This document shows, piece after piece, positions 34,325-47,200 of a stretch of DNA of 60,000 nt (position 1 is the first letter of the stretch; each line of letters starts with the position of its first letter). Location of the stretch: the NCBI GenBank assembly GCA_013265495.1, contig MU058233.1:285038-345037 (forward strand), given 5' to 3'. Both the position numbers and the translations under genes were made by a program. The DNA is from Vicugna vicugna. Taxonomy: Eukaryota. The notes under the pieces are model-generated. The model saw only the letters and a list, made by a program, of their open reading frames with translations, did not search any database and had not been told where the DNA came from.

Positions 34325-34462
34325 TTGCTTCTCAGCTCTGGCCCTGCAGCGTGAAAACCGCTGTGGACGATACATAAACAGAGGGGCGTGGCTGTGTGCC
34401 AATAAAACTTTATTTATAAAAATAGGCAAGGGGCCGTGGGTCAACGTTCGCTGACCCCTGCC
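34325..34462. mobile_element. MER58-type hAT element
   Basis: gggcgtggctgtgtgccaataaaactttatttataaaaataggc...gctgacccctg. Confidence 0.75.
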
Positions 34463-34554
34463 TCAGAGCAACACGAGAAGGCTCCTGGCCCTGGACGGTG
34501 GACCAGCTCCGGCTCCTGTGGACGAAGCATCAGTCTGTCTCATTTAACCCGCCC

Positions 34555-34560
34555 TTTATT
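34555..34560 (-). terminator. Candidate GALNT9 poly(A) signal (AATAAA on the minus strand)
   Basis: TTTATT about 560 nt downstream of the GALNT9 stop. Confidence 0.6.
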
Positions 34561-35120
34561 GGACTGGCAGAGTCACGTTAGTCTCCCCACTGAAGCGCTG
34601 CCCAGGGGGCATCTTTGGGGACCACTGCAGCTGCTGTAGCCCTGTCTCCTGTCACCAGCCAGGGAGAGGCCGCGCCCTGCTGTGTGTAGATGGAGGTGGT
34701 CACTGGGGCAGCCCCGCCCAGGGTGGGAGAGCTTGGGCGACCTCAGAGTTCATGGGAGGCTATTTCTGCCTGGGGGATGGATGGGGGCTTCAGCACATGC
34801 AGAAGAGGTGGCTGGCGGGCGGCTGGACAGGAATACCATAGAAAAGGCACGTGATCTGGAGCTGGAGTTGGCTGTCAGCCGCTGTGCTCAGGCAGAGCTG
34901 CGCTGGGGGCGTCTGCGCTCCTGGAGGGGCTGGCTGGTCCCAGCAGCCACTGCCTCCGGAGCGAAGGAAGGCCCCGATGTCCTGGGGCACAGGCCCGCTG
35001 GCAGCTGGGAGAGGTCTTGGCTGGAGGCGGCAGGGCCAGGGCTCTCTGGGTTCCAGCAGTGGCTGAGCAGGAGGGCCTCAGGGTATGCACTGGGGCAGGG
35101 GCGCGGGGCGAGCCCGGGGG

Positions 35121-35267
35121 TCAGTGCCGACCCGGCTTGATCCAGTTTCTGATCGTCCACTTCTGCCCCGAGCACCTCTGCACCACCAGCCGCAGCCCGA
35201 AGTTGGCATCCTTGGACATCTCCACCTCCAGGCACCGGCCCGTGTCTCTGCTCACAATGGGGCCACC
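35121..35267 (-). CDS. GALNT9: GALNT9 last coding exon
   Basis: [48 protein letters not shown]. Confidence 0.95.
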   Translation of the reverse strand, partial: GGPIVSRDTGRCLEVEMSKDANFGLRLVVQRCSGQKWTIRNWIKPGRH

Positions 35268-38200
35268 CTGCGCAGGAGGGAAAGAGTCAGCCCAGGGGTC
35301 CTGTCCGAGGGCTTCCCACGGGGAGGGGCGATGACAAGTCCGTGTGGGTCACCACACAGCCACGTGGGACTCGGGGTCCCACCTCTCTCTGCCCCTCATC
35401 CCTCTGTCCCCCGCCCCTGAGCTCCGGGAATCTCTGTCCTCCACCCCTGTCCTCAGTGACCCTCTGTCCTCCACCCCTGTCCTCGGTGACCCTCTGTCCT
35501 CCACCCCTGTCCTCGGTGACCCTCTGTCCTCCACCCCTGTCCTCGGTGACCCTCTGTCCTCCACCCCTGACCTCGGTGACCCTCTGTCCTCCACCCCTGT
35601 CCTCAGTGACCCTCTGTCCTCCACCCCTGACCTCGGTGACCCTCTGTCCTCCACCCCTGTCCTCGGTGACCCTCTGTCCTCCATCCCTGTCCTCAGTGAC
35701 CCTCTGTCACCCACCCCTGTCCTCGGTGACCCTCTGTCCTCCATCCCTGTCCTCAGTGACCCTGCTCTACCTTGGGCAGAGAGTGTTCTAGGAAGATCAG
35801 GCAGATACATCCAAGTCCTAACCCAAAGGACCTGGCAATGTGACCATATTTGGAAGCAGGGTCTTTGCAGATGTCATTAGTGAAGATGAAGTCGTGCTGG
35901 AGACGGGTGGCCCTGCTCCAGTGTGGGTGTCCTCATGAAGAGGGGGCGTTTGGAGAAGGAAGGGTGCGGCTTTGAGCCCCTGGCTGGCAGTCATCTCTTG
36001 GGCAGTGCCCCGCCCCGTAAGTGAACGAGGGGATATGGGACGTGAGTGGCTTTAGGCAGCACAGTCGGACTGCTGTCCCCGGTGTGAGGGTCTCAGGCCG
36101 GGCTGGAGGGAGGTGGGTGGGCTCGAGGGATGGTGAAGGAAGGGGTGTGGTGAGGAGGGGACTCGAGGGCGTCCCCTCAGCCTGATGGGGTGGAAACGTG
36201 AGGCTGATTCCACGGAGACGTGCTGAGACCCTGGAGAAGCGTGTGCAGGATGTGGCTGGGTGGGTGCGAAGGCTGGATGTGGAGATGAGTATGTCATGGG
36301 GGAGGGAGGGGCGAGTTGGGGTGCCCACTCAGCGGGGGTGGAGGGGGACCTAAGGGGGGACCGTAGGGGTCATGGCCAGAGGGCAGGGGTGTGAGGAAGG
36401 CCAGCCCTGGAAACAGAGGAGTGGGAGGAAATGCAGGTGAAATGGTCCCTAACAAAACATGGGGGAAGGAGGCCGGCGCTGAGGGAGGGGCTCGCGATCT
36501 GGTGATTCCCAGAGCAGGCGCCCGTGCTGTCCACGCCCAGCAAGACTGAGAGCGGAGGGAGGCCTGTGTGAGCGGGAAGGGGCCGTGGGGGGCAAGGGGG
36601 GCCCCTTCGAACTCTCATCCCAAATACCTGTTCTCGGGGCTCAGGATTTGAGCCCAGCAGCCCCCCGCAGGGCACATGAGGGATTTCAGAGGACTTCCCG
36701 GGAAGGGAAGTCTGGTCCCACTTGGCCGGCAGCTGGGGTGGGGTCTTCCGGGGTGGTCATACCTCAACCCTCTGCCTGAATGCCCTCCCCAGGGGGCCGG
36801 AGGAGGCCGCAGGGTCGGGGACAGAGAGACTGGAGGAGGCGGCCACCGTGCCGTGACCAGCCCAGCGCAGCCCTCCCCCGGCTGCGACTGTGGGCCGATC
36901 ACCTAATGGCTGTGAGACGGAGATCACCTGACCCAGCCCCCCACCCCGAGCACTGGAGCTTGGCCCCTGCTGTCCTCACTGCCCCCCACGGGCTGACCTG
37001 GGTGAAGTCCCACAGCCGCTGCGCCGGCCGGGCCACGTCCTCACACTTCTTCAGGGCGGGCGTGCGGCCCCTGCCGTCATCCACCAGGCACTTGGAGTCC
37101 GGCAGGAAGGCGGTGGAGCCCAGGGGGCCCAGCTGCAGGAGGCCTTCGGCGCTGTACCGCACCAGCTGGGGAGAGGCCGCGTGGGGGGCGTGGGCGTCAG
37201 GTGGCCCCGGGCAGGGCTGGTGTCGGGAGCTCGGCCTCGCGGCCCCGAAGGGAGGTGGTGGGGCATCGAGGCAGGGGCCACCTAGGCACCAGGGCCAGCC
37301 TTCCTGGGAAGGGGTGGTCCCTGAGGAGCCCTGCTCTGCCCCGGCACAGGGGCCACTGTGTGCGAAGAGCCCACGGAGGGACACCTCCCAAAAACCCCAG
37401 CAGGACTGCCTCGGACTCCTTCCCCAGACCCCTGCTCGGACCCACCCTCAGTGGCTCCCAGAGCCTCCGCCTCAGAGGAGAATTCCACACGTGCTCCAGG
37501 CCGCCCAACTGCCCTTGAACCAAAGGTGGCCCCAAGTTCAAGGTCCCAGTTCATGTTTTTAGCCAAACGCCAGGTTAAGAGACAACTAGAGGTTTACAGG
37601 GAACCCAGTGCTATCCATTCCTGCCGCTCCCCAGCTGTGTGGCCTTGAGCAAGTGACGCCACCTCTCTGTGCCTCAGTTTCCTCGTCTGTAAGCGGGAGA
37701 TTATGACAGCACCTGCTGGCAGGGCTGCCGGGAGGACCGCGTGGGTTCTGTACACGAGACGCTGGATGAACGCAGCAGGTGCTACTGCAGGTCAAGTGCA
37801 CCCCCCTCTCCTTTCTCTCACTTTCTCTCCCATGTGGCACACACGTGCACACACACACTCTGCCTGAACCCTCGTCACGGGCAGCTGTATCTTCCAGGAC
37901 AATTCGATAGACCAGCACCTCCCCTGCGTGTTTGCGGAGCCCTGTGACCCTGACGTCCCTGTTAAGCGCGGGGCCCAGATTCTCTCCCGAGTCTTCCTGG
38001 GGGGCGTGGACGTTGCAGAAGGGGTGCTATCCGACTCTGGGGCCTGGCGGAACCGGCCGTGACACCTCCCACGTCTCCTGGGATGCCTGCCCCCTGGAAT
38101 CACCGGAGACGCCACTCTGCTGTGACGGAGCCTGAGCAGCCGGGGAGAGGCCACGAGGGGGCAGGCCGAGGCCCTGGAGCGGCCGGCGCACCTGCGGCCA

Positions 38201-41200
38201 GGTAGCCCCCAGGCCTGCCGGGTGGTCTGCACAGAGCGGAGAGACTGGCCTTGCTGCAGCTTTGGGAGCAAAATGAAGACGGCGCTCCCTTCAGACCATT
38301 CTGTTTGGGGCAGGTGCTCACTGACACGCACATGTCCCTTCACTGTTCACTTTCTTCCTGAAGCCAAGGAGGTTTGGTTCTGGGGTCCGCGGCACATCGA
38401 AGTGCAGGACAAACTCCAAGCCACAGCCCTGCTGACCTGCAGCTTCAGCCTCCCAAGTAAGGACCTGGCAGAGCCAGGAAGCAGGAGCCTTGGTGCTGGG
38501 GACTTGGCAGGGTCAGCGAGTCCAGTGGTGCATCCCCGCGCCCACGGAGGACCGGCGGCCGGAAGGTGACAGTCAGGAGGCCGCTCTGAGCGAAGGAGGT
38601 GCCTCGGCTTCTGTGATTTACCACCAACCCCACCCCAGCCCCACCTCGGAAACGCCCCGCGGGGAAGCAGCTGGGGCTGGGGCGGGGCATCGGGGACAGC
38701 AGGGGGCTCCTGTTGGCCTCAGGGAAGCCTCTACAGATGCCTTCTCGAATGCGTAGAGGTGAAAGGATGTGACGCCTGCAGCTCGCTTTACGTGACTCAT
38801 AAAAAAATAGGTGATGGGAACACAGGCAATCTGTCTGGACCGGGGAGTGAAAACCGTACCTGTAAAGGGCGCTTCGCGGATACTGCGGCATGTTCTTCAC
38901 CTTTTTCCCCTCACAAACCTTTAAACTGGTAAAAAGCTCTCTGCCCCGCAGACTGCGGTTAGCTGACCCCAGACGTGTGTGGTTGGCCATCTCACGGCTT
39001 TTCTACTTTTCCGGGTGTTTGAGAAGTGTCATATAAAACCTGACAAGTAAAGGAGGAGCACCCTGATGGCCCCAGGCTGCCCGTGTCCAGGCTGGAGGGG
39101 TCCTGTGCGGACGCGGAGGCCCACATGCCTGCCCCGTGCCCCGCTCACGCACACTGGTCGGGCCAGTGCTGCGGACAGAGGGCTGGACCCCATCGTGGGG
39201 GGTCTACGTGCTGGTCTGTGTCTGGGGCCCAGGACTGCTTCCTAACCATCTACACGTGTGCAGATTTTGGTCGGAGACTGGCTTTCTATGTGGCCATTGT
39301 TATGGGTTGAGTTGTGTCCCCACAAAAGTCATGTCAAAGTCCTAACCCCCGGGTACCTGGGAAGGTGACCTCATTTGGAAAGAGGGTCACTGCTGATGTG
39401 CTCAAGGGACGATGGTCATCCTGGGTTAGGGTGGCCCTCAGCCAGTGTGACTGGTGTCTTGATAAGGAGGAAAAACAGACACAGGAGAAGGCAGGGGAAG
39501 ACAGACACAGACCTGCACAGGCCACATGGCGACAGAGGCAGAGACTGGGGGATGCAGACACAAGACGAGAATCTCTGGGGGACCAGAGGCTGGGAGAGGC
39601 GGGAAGGACCCCCGCCCCGACAGCCCTGCTGACACCTCGATCTGGGGTTTCTGGTCTCCAGAAGCCAGAGACTAGATGTCTGCTCTGTAAGCCAGTGCCC
39701 AGCTGGCGGTACTTCGTCGTGGTGGCCCAGGGCACTAGCACAGCCGGGGATGGGGTTGAGGGAGGTGGCCTGTCCCCATTAACGTCGCAGCAGCCTCCTC
39801 AGAGACCAAGCAGACTGAGGTCGTTGGCAAAGGAGACGTCGCTGCAGGCACATCCGGCCTGGCTGGGGACGTGGGTCCACCTGATCTCTCTGAAGGGCTC
39901 GGCCACGTGGGCCAGCCTCTCCCATCCACCTGCCTCCGCCTCCACTGTGTTTCCAGCAGAAGCAGGGCCGCTCCTGCAGCTGCCCTGGGGTCCAGTCGTG
40001 GTGGGGGCTCCCCTGGGCGTTGCTCGGGGTCACTGGGACACCCATGCCTCACCCAGCCACATGACTTCCTGCCCCTAGACGCTTCCAAGGCCGGCCCCCC
40101 GAGCTGCCCCTCCAGCCGCAGAAATGGAGGTGCCATGGTGTCCTCTCTCGGTCACGTGTTGCTCCGCCTCATGGGTGCAGAGGAGCAGGGCATGTCCAGA
40201 GACCTCCCCGTACAGGACGCGGCCTCTCCCCTCATGTCCGTGCCAGCCAGAGGATTCCCCACCTGTGACTGAGGGGCTCAGAAATTGAATTTCTTTGGGA
40301 GGGCTGAGGTGCATTTGCATCTCAAAGGAAGACTCTGTTTTGCTCTTAATCCCAGGCCCGCACGCCAGCTGGAGGTCCTGGGAGGAGGCTGCAGTCATGC
40401 CCTCGGCTCCCATCTTCACAGGCTGGGCCTCCGGCGCCCACGGAGTAACCCCCGGGCGGCGGCACGGACGCTCCAGCGTCCATGGACGTCTCAGCACGTG
40501 GCTCAGACCCAGAGCGTGTGTCATTTCCAGGGTTTAGTGTAAATAGCACCCAATCGCCACTGCAGGCAGGAGGAGTCACCTGGGATGGGAAGCCTCAGGC
40601 TCTGCTTCCATCGGGGTCCAGGGCACCAGCATCGCTAGAGCTTCGGAAACACACCTCCCCCCTCCCCCGCCCGGCCCCTGCGGCCTGCGGGCATCGGGCA
40701 CCTGCCTGCGAGGGTGTTTGAAAGCCCTCCTGGCAATTCTGAGCTGGAGCCTGGCTGAGCGTCACTTGGCAGGCGCTCCACTGACAAGAACCGGTGGTTG
40801 CCGGCGAAACTTTCTGGGTTCTGTCTGCACCACGGCTACCGTTTACCCTCATTTTCCTCTTCAGTCCACACAGCAGCCCCGAGGAGCCGGCATGGGAATC
40901 ATCCCATCTGATGGATGTGAAAACTTAGGCACAGATGTTGGGTGAGTCCCCTAAGGCCTGTTCGGCGCCAAAGCCCTTGCCGTTCATTTTCCCGGGGCCG
41001 GGGTCTCCAGGAGGGGCCCGAACCCACAGCCTCAGTGGCACCAGGACGCCCGCCACGTGCCACCGCCCCCTGCGGCCGGGGCGTCCCCGCCGCCCCTACC
41101 TGGGAGGACATCCCGTGGCAGGGGTACAGGATGGCCCGGTCGTCATCTTCCGCCCCCTGGTCCAAGCAGTAGCCGCTGGCTTTGCTGTTTCTCACCTGCA

Positions 41201-44200
41201 GCCAGAAAGCCAAGGAGACGCCCCATCACAAGGGTCCCTGAGGCCGAAGCGGGCTGGAGGCGCTGTACCTGCCCATCCCTGCCCAGTGCCAGGGGTCTCA
41301 GGAAAGCGTGGGCCCGACGTCCAGGATGAGACCCACCAGGGCGCGGGGGCTGCCCTGGAAAGGGGAGGTGTGCGCCATGCGTGTGTGGATGTGCCTGAGC
41401 ACTTCGCTGTCTGCTGTCCACACACACAGGCACAGGGAGGGGTGTGGGTGCCGGGTGGTGGGGTGCGGGGGGTGCAGGCCGGGGGCCATCCTGGCGGAGG
41501 CGGTACCTCTCCGTACGTCAGCGTGTCGTTGTAGGTCCTCATCTCTGGGTACACGTTGTCCAGGTACCACTTGAAGCTTCGGCATTTCAGCCTCTGGCGC
41601 AGGGCCAGCCGCTCAGACACGTCCCCGAAGTCCACCCCCGGGTTCTGCAAGGCCAGAAGGGCACTTGAATGTGGAGCGCCTCCACCACCCAGGCCTCTGC
41701 CCAGGGCAGGGGAGCCTCAGGGCCCACAGACCCTCCTACCGGAGCAGCCCCCACCCACCAGACTCCCAGGCACCGAGCCTCTGGGGTGGCCTCCCGCCCT
41801 CCCGGGACCCTAACAGGTCCCGGGTAGCTGTTTCCGATGGGAAAACCCTGGTGTCTCCAGCCTGCTTTGCAGCGGGTCCTGCTGGAGACCAGCCTGGCCT
41901 GGATGGACGGGCACTGGTGGTGTGTGGGCCTGGCTTGTCCACACCCTGCACGCTCCAAAGGAAAGACTTGCCCTTGGCCAGCTCGCCCATGTGTGTGCTG
42001 GGTCCTAGTGCAAGATCTAGCCCTGATGGTGGGTTGATGTATAAAAGCTTTTTCCAGGACAAGTCTATACCAGGGCCCAGGGACTCGAATCCTCCGTGTC
42101 CAGGGAAGCAATGTGTGCATGAAGCTGGTCCTGCAGTCCGTGCGGGTGGGCGGGGACGGCAGCCCGGGCGTCACCCCACCAAAGGGGCAGCCTGTCCTCA
42201 GCACACACGCACACCCAGTGCACACACGTGCACACACGTACATGCACGCATGCTCTCCTCATGCCCAAGCCCGCTCCTCCAGGCTGCCCCCAGGGTTAGG
42301 AACCCCTGGCTTACACCCGGCTCCTGCTTCCTGCCAGCAGCAGGCAAACACCTCTCCAGGCCTCCTGTCCCCCTCTCCCTGCAGGGCAGGCTGGTCTGGC
42401 TGCAGGCAGCACCCAAAGCGGGAGAGGAAGCCGCCATCCCTACAGCGGGGGCCCCGAGAACCTGGTTACGGGTCTGACAGGGGACGCAGTTCTGTTCTGG
42501 CTCTGTCTCTCAGCAGCAGTGCGTCCCCGCATGCCTCGGTTTCCCTCTCCGGCAGTTGGGAGGGGGTGCTGTGTTCTAGGGGGTGCTGCCGTCGCCCTGG
42601 GGGAGCTCCCGTGGTGGAAGGAGGGGCGTGCTAATTAGCGCAGTGGTCGTTGCACTACAGACAAGGAATGGGCTCTCCTCGCCGCCGGAAGTATCGACAT
42701 TCCAGAGACCCTTCCGGCTGAGCTGCCCGGGAGGCCCCACCTCCCCTGATGGGCTGCACCTCCCTGGGGCGGCCTCCCTCCCCATCCCCGCCCTGGCTTC
42801 CGCCCCACCCGGCCACGCCCGGCCGGCTTACGGTCATGGGGATGTTCCAGGCCATGTACACGTGGGACTTGAAGCCGTCCATCCACACCTCGGCGGCCCG
42901 CAGGGCGTTGCGCTTGGCGTAGTAGTCGATGTCATTGTTGTAGGGCTTCTTGGTGCGCTCGATGTGGGCCACGCGGGAGCAGGGCAGCACCTCCATGCTG
43001 CCGCCGCACTGCCACACCTGCGGGGGCACCCAGGGCCCGCTGGCTGGCCGGCCCTGCCCTGCCCCCCAGCCCCCGGGGCACCCGCCTCCACCCGGGCACC
43101 CCTGCTCCCAGACCCCGGGACACGCCTCCCCGAGGGGGCCCTGGCCGCCTGGGCCGCTGGGGGCAAGAGGCCCAAGAGAAGCCGCGGCCTTGGGTCCAGT
43201 CCACCAAAGCCCGGGTGCCAGGCGGCCTCGCCCTCTGGCTTTCCCATCAAATTCTTTTCCCTGAACCTTCCAGGATCTAAACAAGAGAGAGATTCTTCTC
43301 CTGACACCGCGACACTTCCTTAGTATCCCCTTCCCGGGGCCCCCAACCCACCCCCACCCAGGGCAGGCTCCGGGCTGGGAGTTTGGCCTGAGAAGCGTCA
43401 CTTCCCACCAGCAGCTGCCCCTCCCCTCCAGCCAGAAGAAGAAACCTACAATCTAATTTAAAAAGAGCAGCTCGCTCGGCAAACCGTTCCAGACAACTTC
43501 GATCCAAGGACGCACGGCTCCCAGTACCCCAGGCGCAGTCTCGGCCTACAGAAGTCTTAACAGGCAGCGCTGCTTCTGCAAACAAGGCTCCCCAGGGGCC
43601 CTGGCTGCCAGAACCCTCAGCGGGGATAGAAAGGTATTTTGCATCATAATCTCCTTTCTATGCATGGTTACCTCTGCACTGCTTCGCCCAAACAGAACAG
43701 CCTCACTAGGCATGGGGTGTGTTAGTCTGCTCTGTTCTGTTCTATTCGATTCCATTCTGTTCCATTCTGTCCCACCCTTTTCTGTCCCATCCTCTGCCAT
43801 CCTATCTCTGATGGTTAATTTTATGTGCCAACGTGACTGAGCCACGGGCTGTTCAGGTATTTGGTTCGACGCTGTTCTGGGTGTGTCCAGGAGCGTGTGT
43901 CCCGGTGAGAGGAACACTTAACTTGGTGGGCTGAGTATAGGAGACTGCCCTCCTCAGTGTGGGTGGGCCCTGTCCAATCAGTTGAAGGCCTGAATAGAAC
44001 GAAAACCAACTGAGCAGGGAGAACTCACCCTTTCTGCCTGCCCGTCCGCGAGGTGGGACGCTCATCATTTCTTGCCTTGGGACTTGGACGGGAACTACCC
44101 CCTTAGCATCCTGGGCCTCCCACTCGCCAGCTGCAGACCTTGGGCTTCTCAGCTTCCATGACTGTGTGGGCCAACCCCTTGTCCTCTCGGGAGAACCCAG

Positions 44201-47200
44201 ACTAACACACCCCCTACCCTACCCCACGCCACCCTGCTGGAAACTTGCTGGTGCTGACACGGCCCGCAGCCGGGATAAGAAGTCATCTCTGAGCAAGTCG
44301 GGCATCCTGGCTGAGGGCAGGCTGTCTGCCCCTGGTGGTTCCCTGAGCACGTCCCCACACGTCCAGTCTCCCCTGGTCCGGCTCACGGCCTGCTCGGGCC
44401 CACCAGCTCCGCACCTGCACGCTCAGCGGGCGTCACCGCCCCCTTCGTCATGACTGTCAGACGCTGACCAGCTTGTTCCCAACTCCCGAGTGACATAGAC
44501 GTGGCCCTGCTTCCACGTCTCTGGAGGAGGGCCTGGTCCCGGGGGGACGCCGGGGGCAGCAGGGGGAGGGCTGGAGGCCCTGCAGGGGCTTTGAAGGGCC
44601 AGGCCTGTGCGTGACTTCCGCCACTTCTGCTCACACGCCTGTCAAACCCAGGCACGTGGCCCAGCTGCCCAGGAGGCTGGGAACGTAGGTGGACACCCGG
44701 TGAGCCAGGGATCTTCCAGAAGGCCAAACATGGAAACAGAAGGGAGGAAGCTCTGTAGACCTGCAGGGAAGCATCCGACTCCCCCGCCCACCTTCTGTGG
44801 TTGCCGTCACTGCCAGTTTCCTGGGTCCCCCTGTTTCAGCTGCTGTCCCTCCCTGCCCAGACTCAGCACAGGGCTGGGGTTCTGCCAAAACCCAAGTCTG
44901 GCTGTCCTGTCCTCTGCTGCTCCCAAGACTCACCAGCCTCAGCCCCGCTCTGTCTCTGCTCACTTCAGAGCCCGGCGCGTACCCTGCCCAGGGCCTTTGC
45001 ACCGGCTGCAAAAGGCCTCCACCCGGAACTTCCTCCCCGGAACTCCGTCTGCCTGGCTGCCTGCCCACCTTCAACTATGCTCAGATGTCACCTCCTCCAG
45101 GATTCCCTCTTGACTGCCCCATTTAAAGCTACAGCGTCTCGGGTCTCATCCCCTGGCCAGCCTTATTTACTGTCGTGGCTTTTTTTCTCCTCACACCATT
45201 GACTTACTGATTCCATTTTGTCCGTCTGCGCTACGCAGATGTGAGCCTTGGTCAGGGGGGTTTCTGTTGCTACGTTCCTGACTGATCTACCTGGACCAGG
45301 AGGTAGCAGTCTGCCGTGTGGGGGCGGGGCGGGGTTAACTCGGTCCTCGCTACAGATGAAAGGAAGACCTGAGGCTCAGAGGAGTTAAGAAGGGTGTCCA
45401 GGGTCACACGGCTGGCTCGTGGTGGGGCAGGGACTCGGAAACGCTGCACGCAGCCCCCGAAGTGGCTTCTTCGCCCAGACTGGTGGAGGTGTCGCAGGGC
45501 CGGGTCACACGATTGAAGGGTTACTGTCACACCCAACCACTAATTATCTCAATCAACTTGGTTAATTGCCACTCAAACAGAAACAGCAAACACGAGGCAG
45601 AGGAGCAGGTGTGAGGCCTATGGGCAGCTGCTCGGAGGGAGGGCGCAGGGGAGATCCCGCCCCGCCTGCAAGGACCCCCGCCCACATGGACCGCTGCCTC
45701 GCCCCTCAGCCAGCAGATCTCCTCAGCTCCTGGGGCCTCCGTGCTGGTTTCTGAGAGCTGGGATTCCAGAGCCACCGCCCTCGTGCACAAGCCCTACTCC
45801 TTAAAAAGTCCAGAAATAATGGTCCATCTGCATGGCTGCTGGTGAACAGCCGATTCTCCCTCCAGCCGCCCCGCTGTGTGAGCTGACACGTGCCCCAGTG
45901 GGAGCCGAGGGGGTGGGACTGAGACCTGGCCAGGACCCGGCTGTCACGGGGCCGCGTGTGGCCTGGGGACTGCACAGCAGGAAACCTGGCCCCAGTGCTT
46001 TCCCTCGAACTGACGATCTTAGGACGTTCATTGTGAAACAAGTGGCCATTTCCCTTCCTTGTTTTCTTCCTGAAACTTGATGATCAAAGTGACCTTTCTG
46101 GGGAGCCTGGCTGTTAGAAAGCGAGTGCTTCCTGCGGCCTGAGCGGGAAGACAATCCCGGCTGCTCAGCTTGGCCTCGCATCCCTGGCAACGCGAATGGA
46201 AGCGAGGTCTGTGTGTCATTTTAATCGAGACGTATCTCTAGACTCTGAGTTCATTTCACATGCTGCACAGCCTCCCCACAGCCCCTCATCAGCCTGCGCT
46301 TCTCTGTGAGCATCTCTGTCCCTGGGAGACAGAGCCTTGGCCCGAGGACACAGGGGAGGGCAGGAGCCCCCAAATCCTGCTCTGCAGTAGACTCTCCGGG
46401 AGGAGCTTAAAGTCCTGTGGTCAGGCCTCACCCCCACTGACTACATCAGGAACTGATGGTGGCATCCCTGGGGACCCGACTTGCACTCCAGGGGGAGGGC
46501 CGTGCTGTCCCGGGGCCTCGCTGGGGAGGCAGAGGGTGAGCCCTGCAGTTCTGTTTGGGTAAAGCTGAACACAGGGGCCACTGCTGCTCCTGCGATCAGG
46601 GTTTTCAGCTGGCTCTGTATGTTTCCTTCTGGGTGTTGGAAACCACTGAACATGATGAAAGCTGGTTTTCACCTTGGAAATACTGAGGATGGGGCTTCAC
46701 CTCTCAAGGTATGGCCAACATCTACTCAAGTCTGCCTTTCCCTCTTTCTTGCCTTTGTGATAATCCATGTATCCAATGTGTATCAAACTATTCAATAATC
46801 CACTCATTTACTTATTGATCTATCCATCCATCCACCCTTCCATCCATCCATCTATCCACCCATCTGTCCATTCATCCACCCATCCATCCACCCATTCATT
46901 CATCCATCCATCCATCCATCTACCCTATCCATCCATCCACCATCCCTCCATCCACCCACCCACCCATCCGTTCATCTGCATTAGCCTGTACAACTACATG
47001 ACTCTACACACTGTGCAAAGCTGTATTAAGATGAGGAAGTCAAACTGAGAGGAGAAGCGAGCTCAGACCATCCACCCATCCATCCACCCATCCATTCATC
47101 CATCCATCCATCCATCTACCCTATCCATCCATCCACCCATCCATCCATCCATCCATCTACCCATCTATCCATCCCTCCATCCATCCACCATCCATCCATC

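Noticed and set aside
15430..35100. Many 100-300 aa ORFs between NOC4L and GALNT9
   Set aside because: Pro/Gly/Arg/Ala-rich with no recognisable domain or consistent exon chain; expected in very GC-rich DNA.
35342..35880. Repetitive ORFs ([10 protein letters not shown])n or a CRISPR-like array
   Set aside because: Head-to-tail 30-bp minisatellite with no spacers; the frames are open only because the unit lacks stops.
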